This document shows positions 31,883-40,967 of a stretch of 58,362 bases of DNA, one piece after another. The DNA comes from Methylocystaceae bacterium (GTDB lineage Bacteria; Pseudomonadota; Alphaproteobacteria; Rhizobiales; Beijerinckiaceae). How positions within the stretch are numbered: position 1 is the first letter of the stretch; the number at the start of each line of letters is the position of its first letter. The notes under the pieces were generated by a model. It did no database searches. It worked only from the letters and a program-made list of their open reading frames with translations, and was not told the origin of the DNA. The stretch lies in NCBI GenBank assembly GCA_003134075.1, contig PLAI01000141.1, positions 30,352-88,713 on the forward strand, given 5' to 3'. The position numbers and the translations under genes were made by a program.

Positions 31883-33442
31883 TTAGCGAATGATGTCGAA
31901 GCTGTAATCGGACTTCGCCACGACGTTGGTGTTGCGGTCGATCTCGTCGAAGATTTTGTCGAGAATCCAAACCAGCACGTTCATGCCGCCCTGATAGCCC
32001 CACACCGGATAGCGGTGATAATGATGGCGATCGAAGATCGGGAAGCCTATGCGGATGAGCGGCGTGCCCGTGTCGCGCTCCAGATATTTGCCGTAAGTGT
32101 TGCCGATCAGGAAATCGACCGGATCGGTGAACAGCAGGGAGCGCATGTGCCACAGATCTTTGCCCGCGTACACATGGCAGTTCTTGCCGAACGGCGAACT
32201 TGCGAGCAGCTTTTCGGTCTTTTCCTGCCAGGCCTTGCCGCCATTGGTGGAGAGAATGGTCGTCGGTTCCGCGCCAAGCTCCAACAGGAAGGAGGTCAAT
32301 CCGAGGCAAAGATCGGGATCGCCATAGATCGCGAATTTTTTGCCGTGGATATGAGCGGCCGAGTCGGCCATGGCGTCGACGAGCCGGCCGCGTTCCTTGG
32401 TCAGCTCCGCAGACACCGGCTTGCCGGAAATGCGCGAGATCGCCATCAGGAATTCGTCGGTGCCCTTCACGCCAATCGGATGGTTGAGCGCGACCGTTTC
32501 TTGGCCGTGCGCGGCGATCACGGGAAGCGTCTTCTCGGTGCAATACTGCTGCATCGAGATCGTCGCCTTGGCGTGGATGGCGTTGGCGGCCTCCTCGAGC
32601 GTGGTGCCGCCGTCATACATGCGGAACTCGCCGTCGGTCGGCGTGTCCCAGACATCGCTGTTGTCGCCGAGGATCGTATATTCGACGCCCATCGAGTTGA
32701 AGATGCGTTTCACTTCGCGCAGATTGCCGACGGTGTAGCCGTCGAAGCCGCCGAGGAAGTTGATCTTCTCGTTCGGCACGCGTTCGAGCTTCGGCGCCGT
32801 GCCGGCCTTGCCATCCCAGAAATGCTCGATCACGCCCTTCATGACATTGTCGTAGCCGGTGATGTGGCTGCCGACGAAGGCGGGCGTGTGGGCGAAGGGA
32901 ACGTCGAATTCCTGGGGAACCGAGCCCTTTTCCTTGGAGGTCTTGATGAAGGCGTTAAGATCGTCGCCGATGACTTCCGCCATGCAGGTCGTGGAAACCG
33001 CGATCATCTTCGGCTTATACATATTATAGGTGTTGGCGAGGCCGTCGATCATATTGTTAAGGCCGCCAAACACCGCCGCGTCTTCGGTCATCGAGGAGGA
33101 GACGCAGGAGGTCGGCTCCTTGAAGTGACGGGAGAAGTGCGAGCGATAATAGGCGACGCAGCCCTGGCTGCCATGCACGAAGGGAATCGTGCTCTCAAAT
33201 CCAACCGCCGCGAAAACCGCGCCGAGCGGTTGGCAAGCCTTCGCCGGATTGACGGTCAGAGCTTCGCGAGCGAAATTCTTTTCGCGATATTCCTCGGTCT
33301 TGGTCCATTCGCGCACCCGCTCAAGTTCGGCGTCGGCGATCGGATTTTCGAAATTCTTCTTCTTGTTCTCGAACATCTCCTTGTATTCCGGCTGGCGGAA
33401 CAGGTTGAAATGGTCGAGGACGTTGTCTGCGTTCTGTGGCAT
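31883..33442 (-). CDS. nifK: Nitrogenase MoFe protein beta chain
   Basis: [41 protein letters not shown]. Confidence 0.98.
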   Translation of the reverse strand: MPQNADNVLDHFNLFRQPEYKEMFENKKKNFENPIADAELERVREWTKTEEYREKNFAREALTVNPAKACQPLGAVFAAVGFESTIPFVHGSQGCVAYYRSHFSRHFKEPTSCVSSSMTEDAAVFGGLNNMIDGLANTYNMYKPKMIAVSTTCMAEVIGDDLNAFIKTSKEKGSVPQEFDVPFAHTPAFVGSHITGYDNVMKGVIEHFWDGKAGTAPKLERVPNEKINFLGGFDGYTVGNLREVKRIFNSMGVEYTILGDNSDVWDTPTDGEFRMYDGGTTLEEAANAIHAKATISMQQYCTEKTLPVIAAHGQETVALNHPIGVKGTDEFLMAISRISGKPVSAELTKERGRLVDAMADSAAHIHGKKFAIYGDPDLCLGLTSFLLELGAEPTTILSTNGGKAWQEKTEKLLASSPFGKNCHVYAGKDLWHMRSLLFTDPVDFLIGNTYGKYLERDTGTPLIRIGFPIFDRHHYHRYPVWGYQGGMNVLVWILDKIFDEIDRNTNVVAKSDYSFDIIR

Positions 33443-33471
33443 GTCGATTCCCCATGTCGGTCCGCGAGCCG

Positions 33472-33493
33472 CCCCGCTCCTGTTGGAGCGGGG
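33472..33493 (-). other. Intercistronic stem-loop between nifD and nifK
   Basis: CCCCGCTCC-tgtt-GGAGCGGGG 9-bp stem. Confidence 0.5.
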
Positions 33494-33508
33494 GTCTTGC
33501 TTATCTAA

Positions 33509-34975
33509 TCAAGCGGCCCAAGGGGCCTTGGTCATTTTCCAGACCGGCGAGTTGATCGCCATGTCCATGTCGCGCGCGAAGATCGCGAAGCCGTCGTAGC
33601 CGTGATAGGGGCCCGAATAATCCCAGCTGTGCATCTGACGGAAAGGAACGCCCATTTTCTGGAAGACGTATTTTTCCTTGATGCCCGAGCCAACGAGATC
33701 GGGCTGGACCTTTTCGACGAACTTCTCGAATTCGTAGCCGGTCACGTCGTCATAGATCAGCGTGCCGTCCTTCACATAGTGAGTCGTGCGCTGATAATCG
33801 TCGTTGTGGCCAAACTCGTAGCCGGTCCCGACGATTTCCATGCCGAGGTCTTCATAGGCGCCGATGACATGGCGCGGACGCAGGCCGCCGACATACAGCA
33901 TGACCGTCTTGCCCTCGAGACGCGGGCGATATTTCGCGATCACCGCGTCGCAGAGCGCTTGATATTTCGCGATGACCTTCTCGGCGTTTTCCTTGATCGT
34001 CTCGTCGAAGTGACTGGCGATCTTGCGCAGCGACTCGGCGATCTTGGAGGGTCCAAAGAAGTTGTACTCGACCCACGGCGTGCCGTATTTTTCTTCCATG
34101 TGCCGCGAGATGTAGTTCATCGAGCGATAGCAGTGAAGAACATTGAGCTTGGCGCGAGGCGTGGCTTCGAGTTCCGCGATCGTGCCGTCGCCCGACCACT
34201 GCGCGACGACGCGCAGGCCCATCTCTTCCAGTAGAATGCGCGAAGACCAGGCGTCGCCGCCGATGTTGTAGTCGCCGATGATCGCGACGTCGTAAGGCGT
34301 TGACTCGAAGCGGGCCGGTTTGCCCTCCATCTTGTCGAACACCCAATCGCGGATCGCGTCATTGGCGATATGATGGCCGAGCGATTGCGACACGCCGCGG
34401 AAGCCTTCGCAGCGCACGGGCACGATCGTCTTGCCCGCATATTCCTTCGTTTTGGCCTTGGACACAGCTTCGATGTCGTCGCCGATGAGGCCGATCGGAC
34501 ATTCGGACTGCACCGAGATGCCCTTGTTCAGAGGGAACAGCACTTCAATTTCGTCGATGATCTTGGCGAGCTTCTTGTCGCCGCCGAACACGATATCCTT
34601 CTCCTGGAAGTCGGAGGTGAACTGCATCGTGCCGAAGGTGTCGACGCCAGTCGTGCCGATGTAATAATTGCGGCGCGAGGCCCAGGAATACTGGCCGCAG
34701 CCCACCGGGCCGTGGCTGATATGGATCATGTCCTTGATCGGACCCCAAACCACGCCCTTCGAGCCCGCATAGGCGCAGCCGCGAATGGTCATGACGCCGG
34801 GAATGGACTTGATGTTGGACTTGACGCCGCAGTCCGGCTTGCCTTCTTCGTACAGGCCAAGATGCTTGGCGCGGCGCTTTGCGGTCTTCTCGGGATAAGT
34901 TTTAAGGACCTCTTGAACGAGTTCCTTGTTTCTCGCCTTGATCTCGGCGACGGTTTCTGCAACTGCCACGCTCAT
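33509..34975 (-). CDS. nifD: Nitrogenase MoFe protein alpha chain
   Basis: [37 protein letters not shown] (Cys275 equivalent), GGLRPRH, QMHSWDY (His442 equivalent). Confidence 0.98.
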   Translation of the reverse strand: MSVAVAETVAEIKARNKELVQEVLKTYPEKTAKRRAKHLGLYEEGKPDCGVKSNIKSIPGVMTIRGCAYAGSKGVVWGPIKDMIHISHGPVGCGQYSWASRRNYYIGTTGVDTFGTMQFTSDFQEKDIVFGGDKKLAKIIDEIEVLFPLNKGISVQSECPIGLIGDDIEAVSKAKTKEYAGKTIVPVRCEGFRGVSQSLGHHIANDAIRDWVFDKMEGKPARFESTPYDVAIIGDYNIGGDAWSSRILLEEMGLRVVAQWSGDGTIAELEATPRAKLNVLHCYRSMNYISRHMEEKYGTPWVEYNFFGPSKIAESLRKIASHFDETIKENAEKVIAKYQALCDAVIAKYRPRLEGKTVMLYVGGLRPRHVIGAYEDLGMEIVGTGYEFGHNDDYQRTTHYVKDGTLIYDDVTGYEFEKFVEKVQPDLVGSGIKEKYVFQKMGVPFRQMHSWDYSGPYHGYDGFAIFARDMDMAINSPVWKMTKAPWAA

Positions 34976-35008
34976 GTCGATGGCCCTCTAAAACCTTGTT
35001 GTGGACGC

Positions 35009-35034
35009 CGCCCGGTCGCCGAAGCAACCGGGCG
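35009..35034 (-). other. Intercistronic stem-loop between nifH and nifD
   Basis: CGCCCGGT ... ACCGGGCG 8-bp stem. Confidence 0.45.
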
Positions 35035-35050
35035 GAGGGTTGACTTAAAT

Positions 35051-35968
<918 letters not shown>

Positions 35969-36096
35969 TTAATTCGATCGGCGCGCGCGACCCGCAGGCC
36001 GAAGTCGTTTGCCCATTTCGACTAAGCCCGGCGTCGCGGTCGCGGTTCTCTTCGTGAGGAGAGTTTCCGCGGCCTGCCGCCTTGCGAGCCCATTAT

Positions 36097-36113
36097 CGCA
36101 AGGCGCGTGCCAG
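36097..36113 (-). promoter_or_regulatory. sigma54 promoter of nifHDKENX
   Basis: Minus strand CTGGCACGCGCCTTGCG, canonical. Confidence 0.92.
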
Positions 36114-36128
36114 CCGTGGCGCGCGTCT

Positions 36129-36141
36129 CAACTAATTGATA
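36129..36141 (-). promoter_or_regulatory. IHF binding site
   Basis: Minus strand TATCAA-TTAG-TTG, exact consensus, in an AT-rich tract between the UAS and the promoter. Confidence 0.75.
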
Positions 36142-36163
36142 TATAATGATATAAATTGATTGT

Positions 36164-36186
36164 TGTCGGCTGTTTCAAAGCCGACA
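36164..36186. promoter_or_regulatory. NifA UAS shared by the divergent promoters
   Basis: TGT-TTCAAAGCCG-ACA (36171-36186) within the inverted repeat TGTCGGC...GCCGACA. Confidence 0.75.
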
Positions 36187-36228
36187 TCGATGCGTGGAAT
36201 CGAACGAACCACGGCAGCGTTCGACGCC

Positions 36229-36244
36229 GGGCATGGGGTTTGCT
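36229..36244 (+). promoter_or_regulatory. Putative sigma54 promoter for the divergent receiver-domain gene
   Basis: GGGCATGGGGTTTGCT: GG-N10-GC. Confidence 0.55.
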
Positions 36245-36277
36245 TCTTTTGCGCGCACAATTTCTAGCGAGGGCGAC

Positions 36278-36673
36278 ATGCAGATTGGCGTCGAGACATC
36301 CACGGCCGTCGACAACAAGCGTATCTTTGTTGTCGACGAAAATGAGATCATGCGCGCGGCGGTTCAGTTCATGCTTCATGACGAAAACGAAACGCATGAA
36401 GCGCCGAGCCTCGAATGGGCTTACGACAAGGCGCGGGATTGGCCTCCGGACCTGATTATTCTGGCCGAGGCGCTGGTGCGCGAACGCGGGACCGGATTGT
36501 TGAAGGAAATCGCCGAGCGTCTTCCGGACACGAAGATTCTGGTCATTGTCGATTCCGCGACGGATGGTTTCGGGAAGCAATGTCTGGCGGACGGCGCCGA
36601 TGGCGTATTGATCAAGCCATTGACCATCGAATTCGTGCGTCGAAAAGTCGACGTGCTGCTCGGTCGCCGTTAA
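36278..36673 (+). CDS. Stand-alone atypical receiver (pseudo-response regulator)
   Basis: IFVVDE, PDLIILAE (Ala at the phospho-Asp position), GADGVLIKP. Confidence 0.82.
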   Translation: MQIGVETSTAVDNKRIFVVDENEIMRAAVQFMLHDENETHEAPSLEWAYDKARDWPPDLIILAEALVRERGTGLLKEIAERLPDTKILVIVDSATDGFGKQCLADGADGVLIKPLTIEFVRRKVDVLLGRR

Positions 36674-36709
36674 AATTTCTTTCGATGGCGCGGGCCGCCA
36701 TCGAACAGC

Positions 36710-36745
36710 AAAAAACCCCGGAGACGCATGCCGCGCATCCGGGGT
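36710..36745 (-). terminator. Rho-independent terminator at the convergent junction
   Basis: ACCCCGGA/TCCGGGGT stem followed by a T-run on the minus strand; a second perfect 10-bp hairpin at 36681-36705. Confidence 0.65.
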
Positions 36746-36768
36746 CCAAAGCTTCCGCTCACTCGCGA

Positions 36769-37101
36769 TCAGGGGGTCGGAACGATGATCAGGCGCTCCA
36801 CCGGATTTCCTTCGACGAAGTGAGATTGTATGATTTCGTCTATGTCTTCTTCCGTGCGCGGCACGTACCAAACGCCTTCGGGGTAGACCACCATGAGCGG
36901 TCCGGCGCGGCAAAAACCAAGGCACCCGGTCGCGGTCACAGAGACATCTGGATTTGGCGTCGCCGTGAGACGTCCTTGCAACCGTTCCCATAGGGGCTTC
37001 GCTCCCGCCCCCATGCAGCTTCCGCGCGGATGCCCGGCGGGCCGCTGCTGAAAGCAAGTGAACACATGATATTTGAACACTACGGGAATATCAGCCAGCA
37101 T
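36769..37101 (-). CDS. Thioredoxin-like [2Fe-2S] ferredoxin
   Basis: HVFTCFQQR..RGSC, TGCLGFC, GPLMVVYPEGVWY. Confidence 0.88.
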   Translation of the reverse strand: MLADIPVVFKYHVFTCFQQRPAGHPRGSCMGAGAKPLWERLQGRLTATPNPDVSVTATGCLGFCRAGPLMVVYPEGVWYVPRTEEDIDEIIQSHFVEGNPVERLIIVPTP

Positions 37102-37126
37102 GTCTTCTCCCTCTCAACGCAGCCGC

Positions 37127-38011
37127 TCAGACTAGCGCCGCTTCGACGTTGGCGCCGGTCAACTCGCCGACAAACTCGGCTAGAGATGCGTCGATCCGGA
37201 CGATATTTTGTTCAGCCAGGAACTTCGTTTCATTCTTGCTGAGCGGTCCCTCGATCACCGCCCAGTGGCGATCGGACGAGCGCTTCATGATCTGGCGCGC
37301 GAAGCCGCGTTCGACTTGAGTCGCGAAGCGACAGCCGAGAAACAGGAAGTTTCGGCCGCGGCGGACCATTTGCACAACTTCGGGGATCGGCGTTTGAATG
37401 TCGATTTCTGTCAGAATCTCGACATAGTCGGAGTCCGACACGATGTAATTCGACGCCGGCGTGATCGATCCGAGCGGCTGATACAGCAGAGTCTTCCACG
37501 CGAGAGTCTCTTGCGGCGCCTCCGCTGGCGCCTTCGCGCCGGTGCTGTCGCGTGTCGTTCTTTTGCCCGGAACGATTGCGCCGTCGGGACGAAAATAATG
37601 TACCCATTCGCCGAAATGCTCGGCTTGGCTGATTCCCTGGGCGAGGCCCCAATCGTCACGTCCGACAAGCGCCTTTTGCGGCAGATCATCGTACCATGCG
37701 TTGACCAGCAGCGGTAATTTGGGTCGCGCCGCGAGCCATTCGTGCAGCGCGCTTGGCCCGGTCGGCGCCGAGAAGGCGTTGTTCATCGCCGCGACGACAG
37801 TCTTTCGATGTTTGAAGTTTTCGATATATTGAGCCGCCGCTGTCAGATTATTGCGAATCTTGTGCGGCACGGTCGCCGTTTTTGTCAGGTAGGAGACAAG
37901 CGCCTCCGGAGACGCCGGCAATTCCGACGACCGCGCGAGCGACAGCACGCCAGGACCAAGATAGGGAATGACCTCGCCACGCTCGAACGCCGCGACTATT
38001 TCTTCGAACAT
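37127..38011 (-). CDS. SIR2-like domain protein, nif-associated, catalytically degenerate
   Basis: VIPYLGPG Rossmann start; NAWYDD for TTNYD; QPLGS for KLHGS; FLFLGCRF. Confidence 0.75.
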   Translation of the reverse strand: MFEEIVAAFERGEVIPYLGPGVLSLARSSELPASPEALVSYLTKTATVPHKIRNNLTAAAQYIENFKHRKTVVAAMNNAFSAPTGPSALHEWLAARPKLPLLVNAWYDDLPQKALVGRDDWGLAQGISQAEHFGEWVHYFRPDGAIVPGKRTTRDSTGAKAPAEAPQETLAWKTLLYQPLGSITPASNYIVSDSDYVEILTEIDIQTPIPEVVQMVRRGRNFLFLGCRFATQVERGFARQIMKRSSDRHWAVIEGPLSKNETKFLAEQNIVRIDASLAEFVGELTGANVEAALV

Positions 38012-38049
38012 CAGTCTCTCCTCGATCCATGGACGACGCCGCGCATGCA

Positions 38050-38265
38050 TTATTGCAGCGCCGCGGCCTTCAAAGCCTCGACTTCCGCCGCGGCGACACG
38101 ATAGACGCCGCGTCCGCCCGACAACGCCTGGAAGTCCATGGCGTGTTTGTCACTCAGCCTGTCGAACCATTGCTGTGCGGTCAGGCTGGCGGGGCGTTCT
38201 CCGATCTCGGTGACGCTGCCGTCCGGCGCGAAGCGGACATGTATGACAGTTGCGTTGCTCGCCAT
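38050..38265 (-). CDS. Small conserved hypothetical protein
   Basis: Operonic ORF with AGGAG RBS; VRFAPDG...W...L...GGRG. Confidence 0.7.
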   Translation of the reverse strand: MASNATVIHVRFAPDGSVTEIGERPASLTAQQWFDRLSDKHAMDFQALSGGRGVYRVAAAEVEALKAAALQ

Positions 38266-38301
38266 CGCTTGCTCCTTTCTATGTGCGGAATTTCCGCGAA
38301 A

Positions 38302-38607
38302 TTAGACGCCAGAACCGAACCCGAGCAGTTCGACCGTGACGTTGTCGTTGCCGAACAAGGTCTGACAGGCGAGACGCGACTTCGAGCCGACGCCGACGAT
38401 CGTATCGAGCTTCTCATTTTCGGCGCGTTGCATTTTCGAAACGCTCTTGCGGCCTTCCTGAACGAAGACGTGGCATTCCCCGCATTTGGCTTCGCCGCCA
38501 CATTTGCTGACGATCTTTTCGCCCGCCGCCAGAATCGCGTCGAGCAGGCGGCTGCCCGGCTCCGCGTCGATCGTTTTTCCAGACGGTAGAATGGTGAGAG
38601 TCGGCAT
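38302..38607 (-). CDS. Adrenodoxin/plant-type [2Fe-2S] ferredoxin
   Basis: KCGGEAKCGECHV ... SRLACQ; AGGAG RBS. Confidence 0.9.
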   Translation of the reverse strand: MPTLTILPSGKTIDAEPGSRLLDAILAAGEKIVSKCGGEAKCGECHVFVQEGRKSVSKMQRAENEKLDTIVGVGSKSRLACQTLFGNDNVTVELLGFGSGV

Positions 38608-38648
38608 GTTTTTTCTCCTGGTTGCCAAAGTGACCGCAAGTCCGTCAC

Positions 38649-38664
38649 TGCAAGTTTCGATCCA
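38649..38664 (-). promoter_or_regulatory. Putative internal sigma54 promoter for fdx-hyp-SIR2-fdx
   Basis: Minus strand TGGATCGAAACTTGCA: GG-N10-GC, perfect -12, one deviation at -24. Confidence 0.5.
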
Positions 38665-38739
38665 TGTGTGATCGTTTGCGCGTCTTTGGACAAGCAAAGC
38701 GCGGAATTGTTCACTCCGCTTGCTTGTCGCCCCGCGGCG

Positions 38740-39891
38740 CTAGAGGTAGATCGCGGCGCCGGCACCGAGATTAATCGACGCGTCCTTCATCGTTCCCACG
38801 ATGAACGCTATTTGATCTTCCGTCAGATGCGCGTGCAGGGGCAAAGCGACCGCGCGTTCGGCGACTTTCTCGGTCACGAAGAGATCGCGTCGCCGATAGC
38901 CGAGATCAAAATAGGCGCGCTGCAAATGCAGTGGCTGCGAATAAGCGCAAGCTCCGATTTTTTCCGTGTACAGGTCGTCGATAATGCTGTCGCGCGTCGA
39001 GCGGCTAAAGCGTGTGCCGAGATGCACGACGTAGAGAAACCAGCAGACCTGATCCACCTCGGGAGCGACATAGGGATCCTTGATGCCCTCGAACGATTGG
39101 ACATATTGATAATACCAGCGCTCCACCCGCTTGCGGCGCGCCAGCAACAATTCGATCCGACGCAGCTGCGCGAGGCCAAGCGCCGCAGCGATGTCGCTCA
39201 TGGAAGCCTGCAAAGGCGGATAGGCGCCGAGCACGACGGATGCGCGCTCCTCGAAGCGATGGCTGCGCAGCCGGCGAATGAGCGAGGCGAGTTCATCATC
39301 ATCGGTGACGATCATCCCCCCTTCGCCGCAAACAAGAGGGCCGGGCTGGGAAAAATCAAAAACAGAGCAGTCGCCAAACCCGCCGACAATCTTGCCCTTA
39401 TATACGGAGCCGATCGCCTCCGTGGAATCCTCGATCAGCATGACGCCGGCTTCCGAGGCCAATTCGCGCAGCGGCTCCCAAGGCGCCGGATGTCCATTCG
39501 TGTTGCCGGCGATGATGGCGCGGGTGCGTTCGGTGATTTTGGCTTTCGCCTTGACTGGATCGAGCGTGCCCGCCCAATAATCTATATCCGCGAAGACGGG
39601 CCGCGCGCCGCAAAGCGTGATGGCGTGCGCGGTTTCCCGGAAGGAATGAGCGGAGGCGATCACCTCGTCCCCCGCTCCAATGCCGCGCGCGCGCAAAGCC
39701 AACAGCAGGCCAATGGTTCCGCTCGCCACGGCGATGGCGTGTTTGCGAGACAAATAGCTCGCGAATTCCGTCTCGAACTGCTCGACCGCCGGACCCGCGG
39801 AAAGGCTCTGCGAATTCAGGATTTCGAGCACGGCTTCGAGATCGCTTTGCAGCAGATCTGGGTCGCTCAGCGGAAGAAATGTTGTTTTCAC
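38740..39891 (-). CDS. DegT/DnrJ/EryC1/StrS-family aminotransferase-like protein lacking the PLP lysine
   Basis: VASGTIGL, PVFADID, IEDSTEAIG, FDFSQPGPLVCGEGG; GTG start with AAGGAG RBS. Confidence 0.85.
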   Translation of the reverse strand: MKTTFLPLSDPDLLQSDLEAVLEILNSQSLSAGPAVEQFETEFASYLSRKHAIAVASGTIGLLLALRARGIGAGDEVIASAHSFRETAHAITLCGARPVFADIDYWAGTLDPVKAKAKITERTRAIIAGNTNGHPAPWEPLRELASEAGVMLIEDSTEAIGSVYKGKIVGGFGDCSVFDFSQPGPLVCGEGGMIVTDDDELASLIRRLRSHRFEERASVVLGAYPPLQASMSDIAAALGLAQLRRIELLLARRKRVERWYYQYVQSFEGIKDPYVAPEVDQVCWFLYVVHLGTRFSRSTRDSIIDDLYTEKIGACAYSQPLHLQRAYFDLGYRRRDLFVTEKVAERAVALPLHAHLTEDQIAFIVGTMKDASINLGAGAAIYL

Positions 39892-40160
39892 GCGCTTGCT
39901 CCTTTCGCCGCGATGATTAGCCCGGTGGCGACCGCCGGATCGGCGGTCACCCGGACACAATGGTCACGCCCGTCGAGCAGATAGAGATCGCAGTGCGCAT
40001 AGCTGCGGAACGGGATTTCATCGGCCATGTCCGAAGCGTCACAGCGGGTCGCCGTGACGCCGGGCTTTAGCCCGCGCAAACTCGCGACCGTCGCGGCGTC
40101 CGCGCGGCTCGTCGCGAGCAGTCGATCGATTTCCTGCAAATGTTCGATCGTAATCGCCAT
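39888..40160 (-). CDS. Small nif-associated hypothetical protein (DUF6129-like)
   Basis: C-terminal part of ORF 39888..40643; CDASDM, LYLLDGRDHC; stop overlaps the degT-like start. Confidence 0.7.
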   Translation of the reverse strand: MAITIEHLQEIDRLLATSRADAATVASLRGLKPGVTATRCDASDMADEIPFRSYAHCDLYLLDGRDHCVRVTADPAVATGLIIAAKGASA

Positions 40161-40162
40161 TG

Positions 40163-40381
40163 TCAGTCGCCACCGCCGCTCAGTCGACGCGCTTCCACGG
40201 TGATGGGCAGCGTGGTTCCCACGATCATTTCCGGCAGTTGCAACACCCAACCGTTGGCCAAGGTCACCGATCCTCCCCAAAGATCCGGATTTTCCTGCGC
40301 GACGATCGGCTCCTCCAGGTCTTTCTTGGGCACATAGGCGGAGAGCACGCCCTCGGAACTTCTGCGGATCATGACTTTCAA
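40163..40381 (-). CDS. nifT: NifT/FixU
   Basis: MKVMIRR..LSAYVPKKDLEE, WGG.VTLANGW, LPITVEA; TTG start inferred. Confidence 0.9.
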   Translation of the reverse strand: MKVMIRRSSEGVLSAYVPKKDLEEPIVAQENPDLWGGSVTLANGWVLQLPEMIVGTTLPITVEARRLSGGGD

Positions 40382-40432
40382 AGCACGCCTCTTTGGCTGG
40401 GCGCCGCCGGATGGCGACGCGGGAAACACTTG

Positions 40433-40672
40433 TCAGGCCGGCACGATTTCGTCCTCGAGACAACCGATGACGATCTTTTCGGAAAACTCGACGAGATAGA
40501 TGGTCGTCTCGCTTTCGACATGCGCGCCGACCTGCACCACCTCGCCGAGGTCGCCCGCCTTCACGAGCAAGCTCTCTGGTTCGGAATCCGGAAAACTTCC
40601 ATCGTTGAACAGCTCGACGGCCGCGCGAACACGGCGACCCCAATCAAACTTAGGCCGCGCGTCGTCGCTCAT
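40433..40672 (-). CDS. nifZ: NifZ-family protein (copy 2)
   Basis: PKFDWGRRVRA, NDGSFPD, GEVVQVG, GCLEDEI. Confidence 0.85.
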   Translation of the reverse strand: MSDDARPKFDWGRRVRAAVELFNDGSFPDSEPESLLVKAGDLGEVVQVGAHVESETTIYLVEFSEKIVIGCLEDEIVPA

Positions 40673-40965
40673 CCGAATTTTTCCTCCGATGTTTCGACCG
40701 GATCGAGTTCCTTGCTTTTCATGCCGACCCGGTTGCCGGTCGCGGGAAACTCGACGCCATAGATGTAGAACTGTTGCAGGAAGGTGCCGATGTTCACGAC
40801 AAAGCCTTCGTCGCCCTTCTTGCAAAGAATGTCGCCAATGTCCTTTCCCGCGTAAGTCCCGTCATTACGAACGGTTTTGCGGGCGCGAACCTTTTCGCCG
40901 AAAGTGTAAATCGGCGGGTCGTTGAGTTCGACGACGGCGCTGTCGCGACTGATATTCGTTCCCAT
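40669..40965 (-). CDS. nifZ: NifZ-family protein (copy 1)
   Basis: FGEKVRA, RNDGTYAG, GTFLQQFYIYGVEF, VGMKSKEL. Confidence 0.9.
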   Translation of the reverse strand: MGTNISRDSAVVELNDPPIYTFGEKVRARKTVRNDGTYAGKDIGDILCKKGDEGFVVNIGTFLQQFYIYGVEFPATGNRVGMKSKELDPVETSEEKFG

Positions 40966-40967
40966 GG

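Noticed and set aside
37127-38011. Anti-phage defence role for the SIR2 protein
   Set aside because: Catalytic residues are missing, there is no defence partner, and the context is purely nif/ferredoxin
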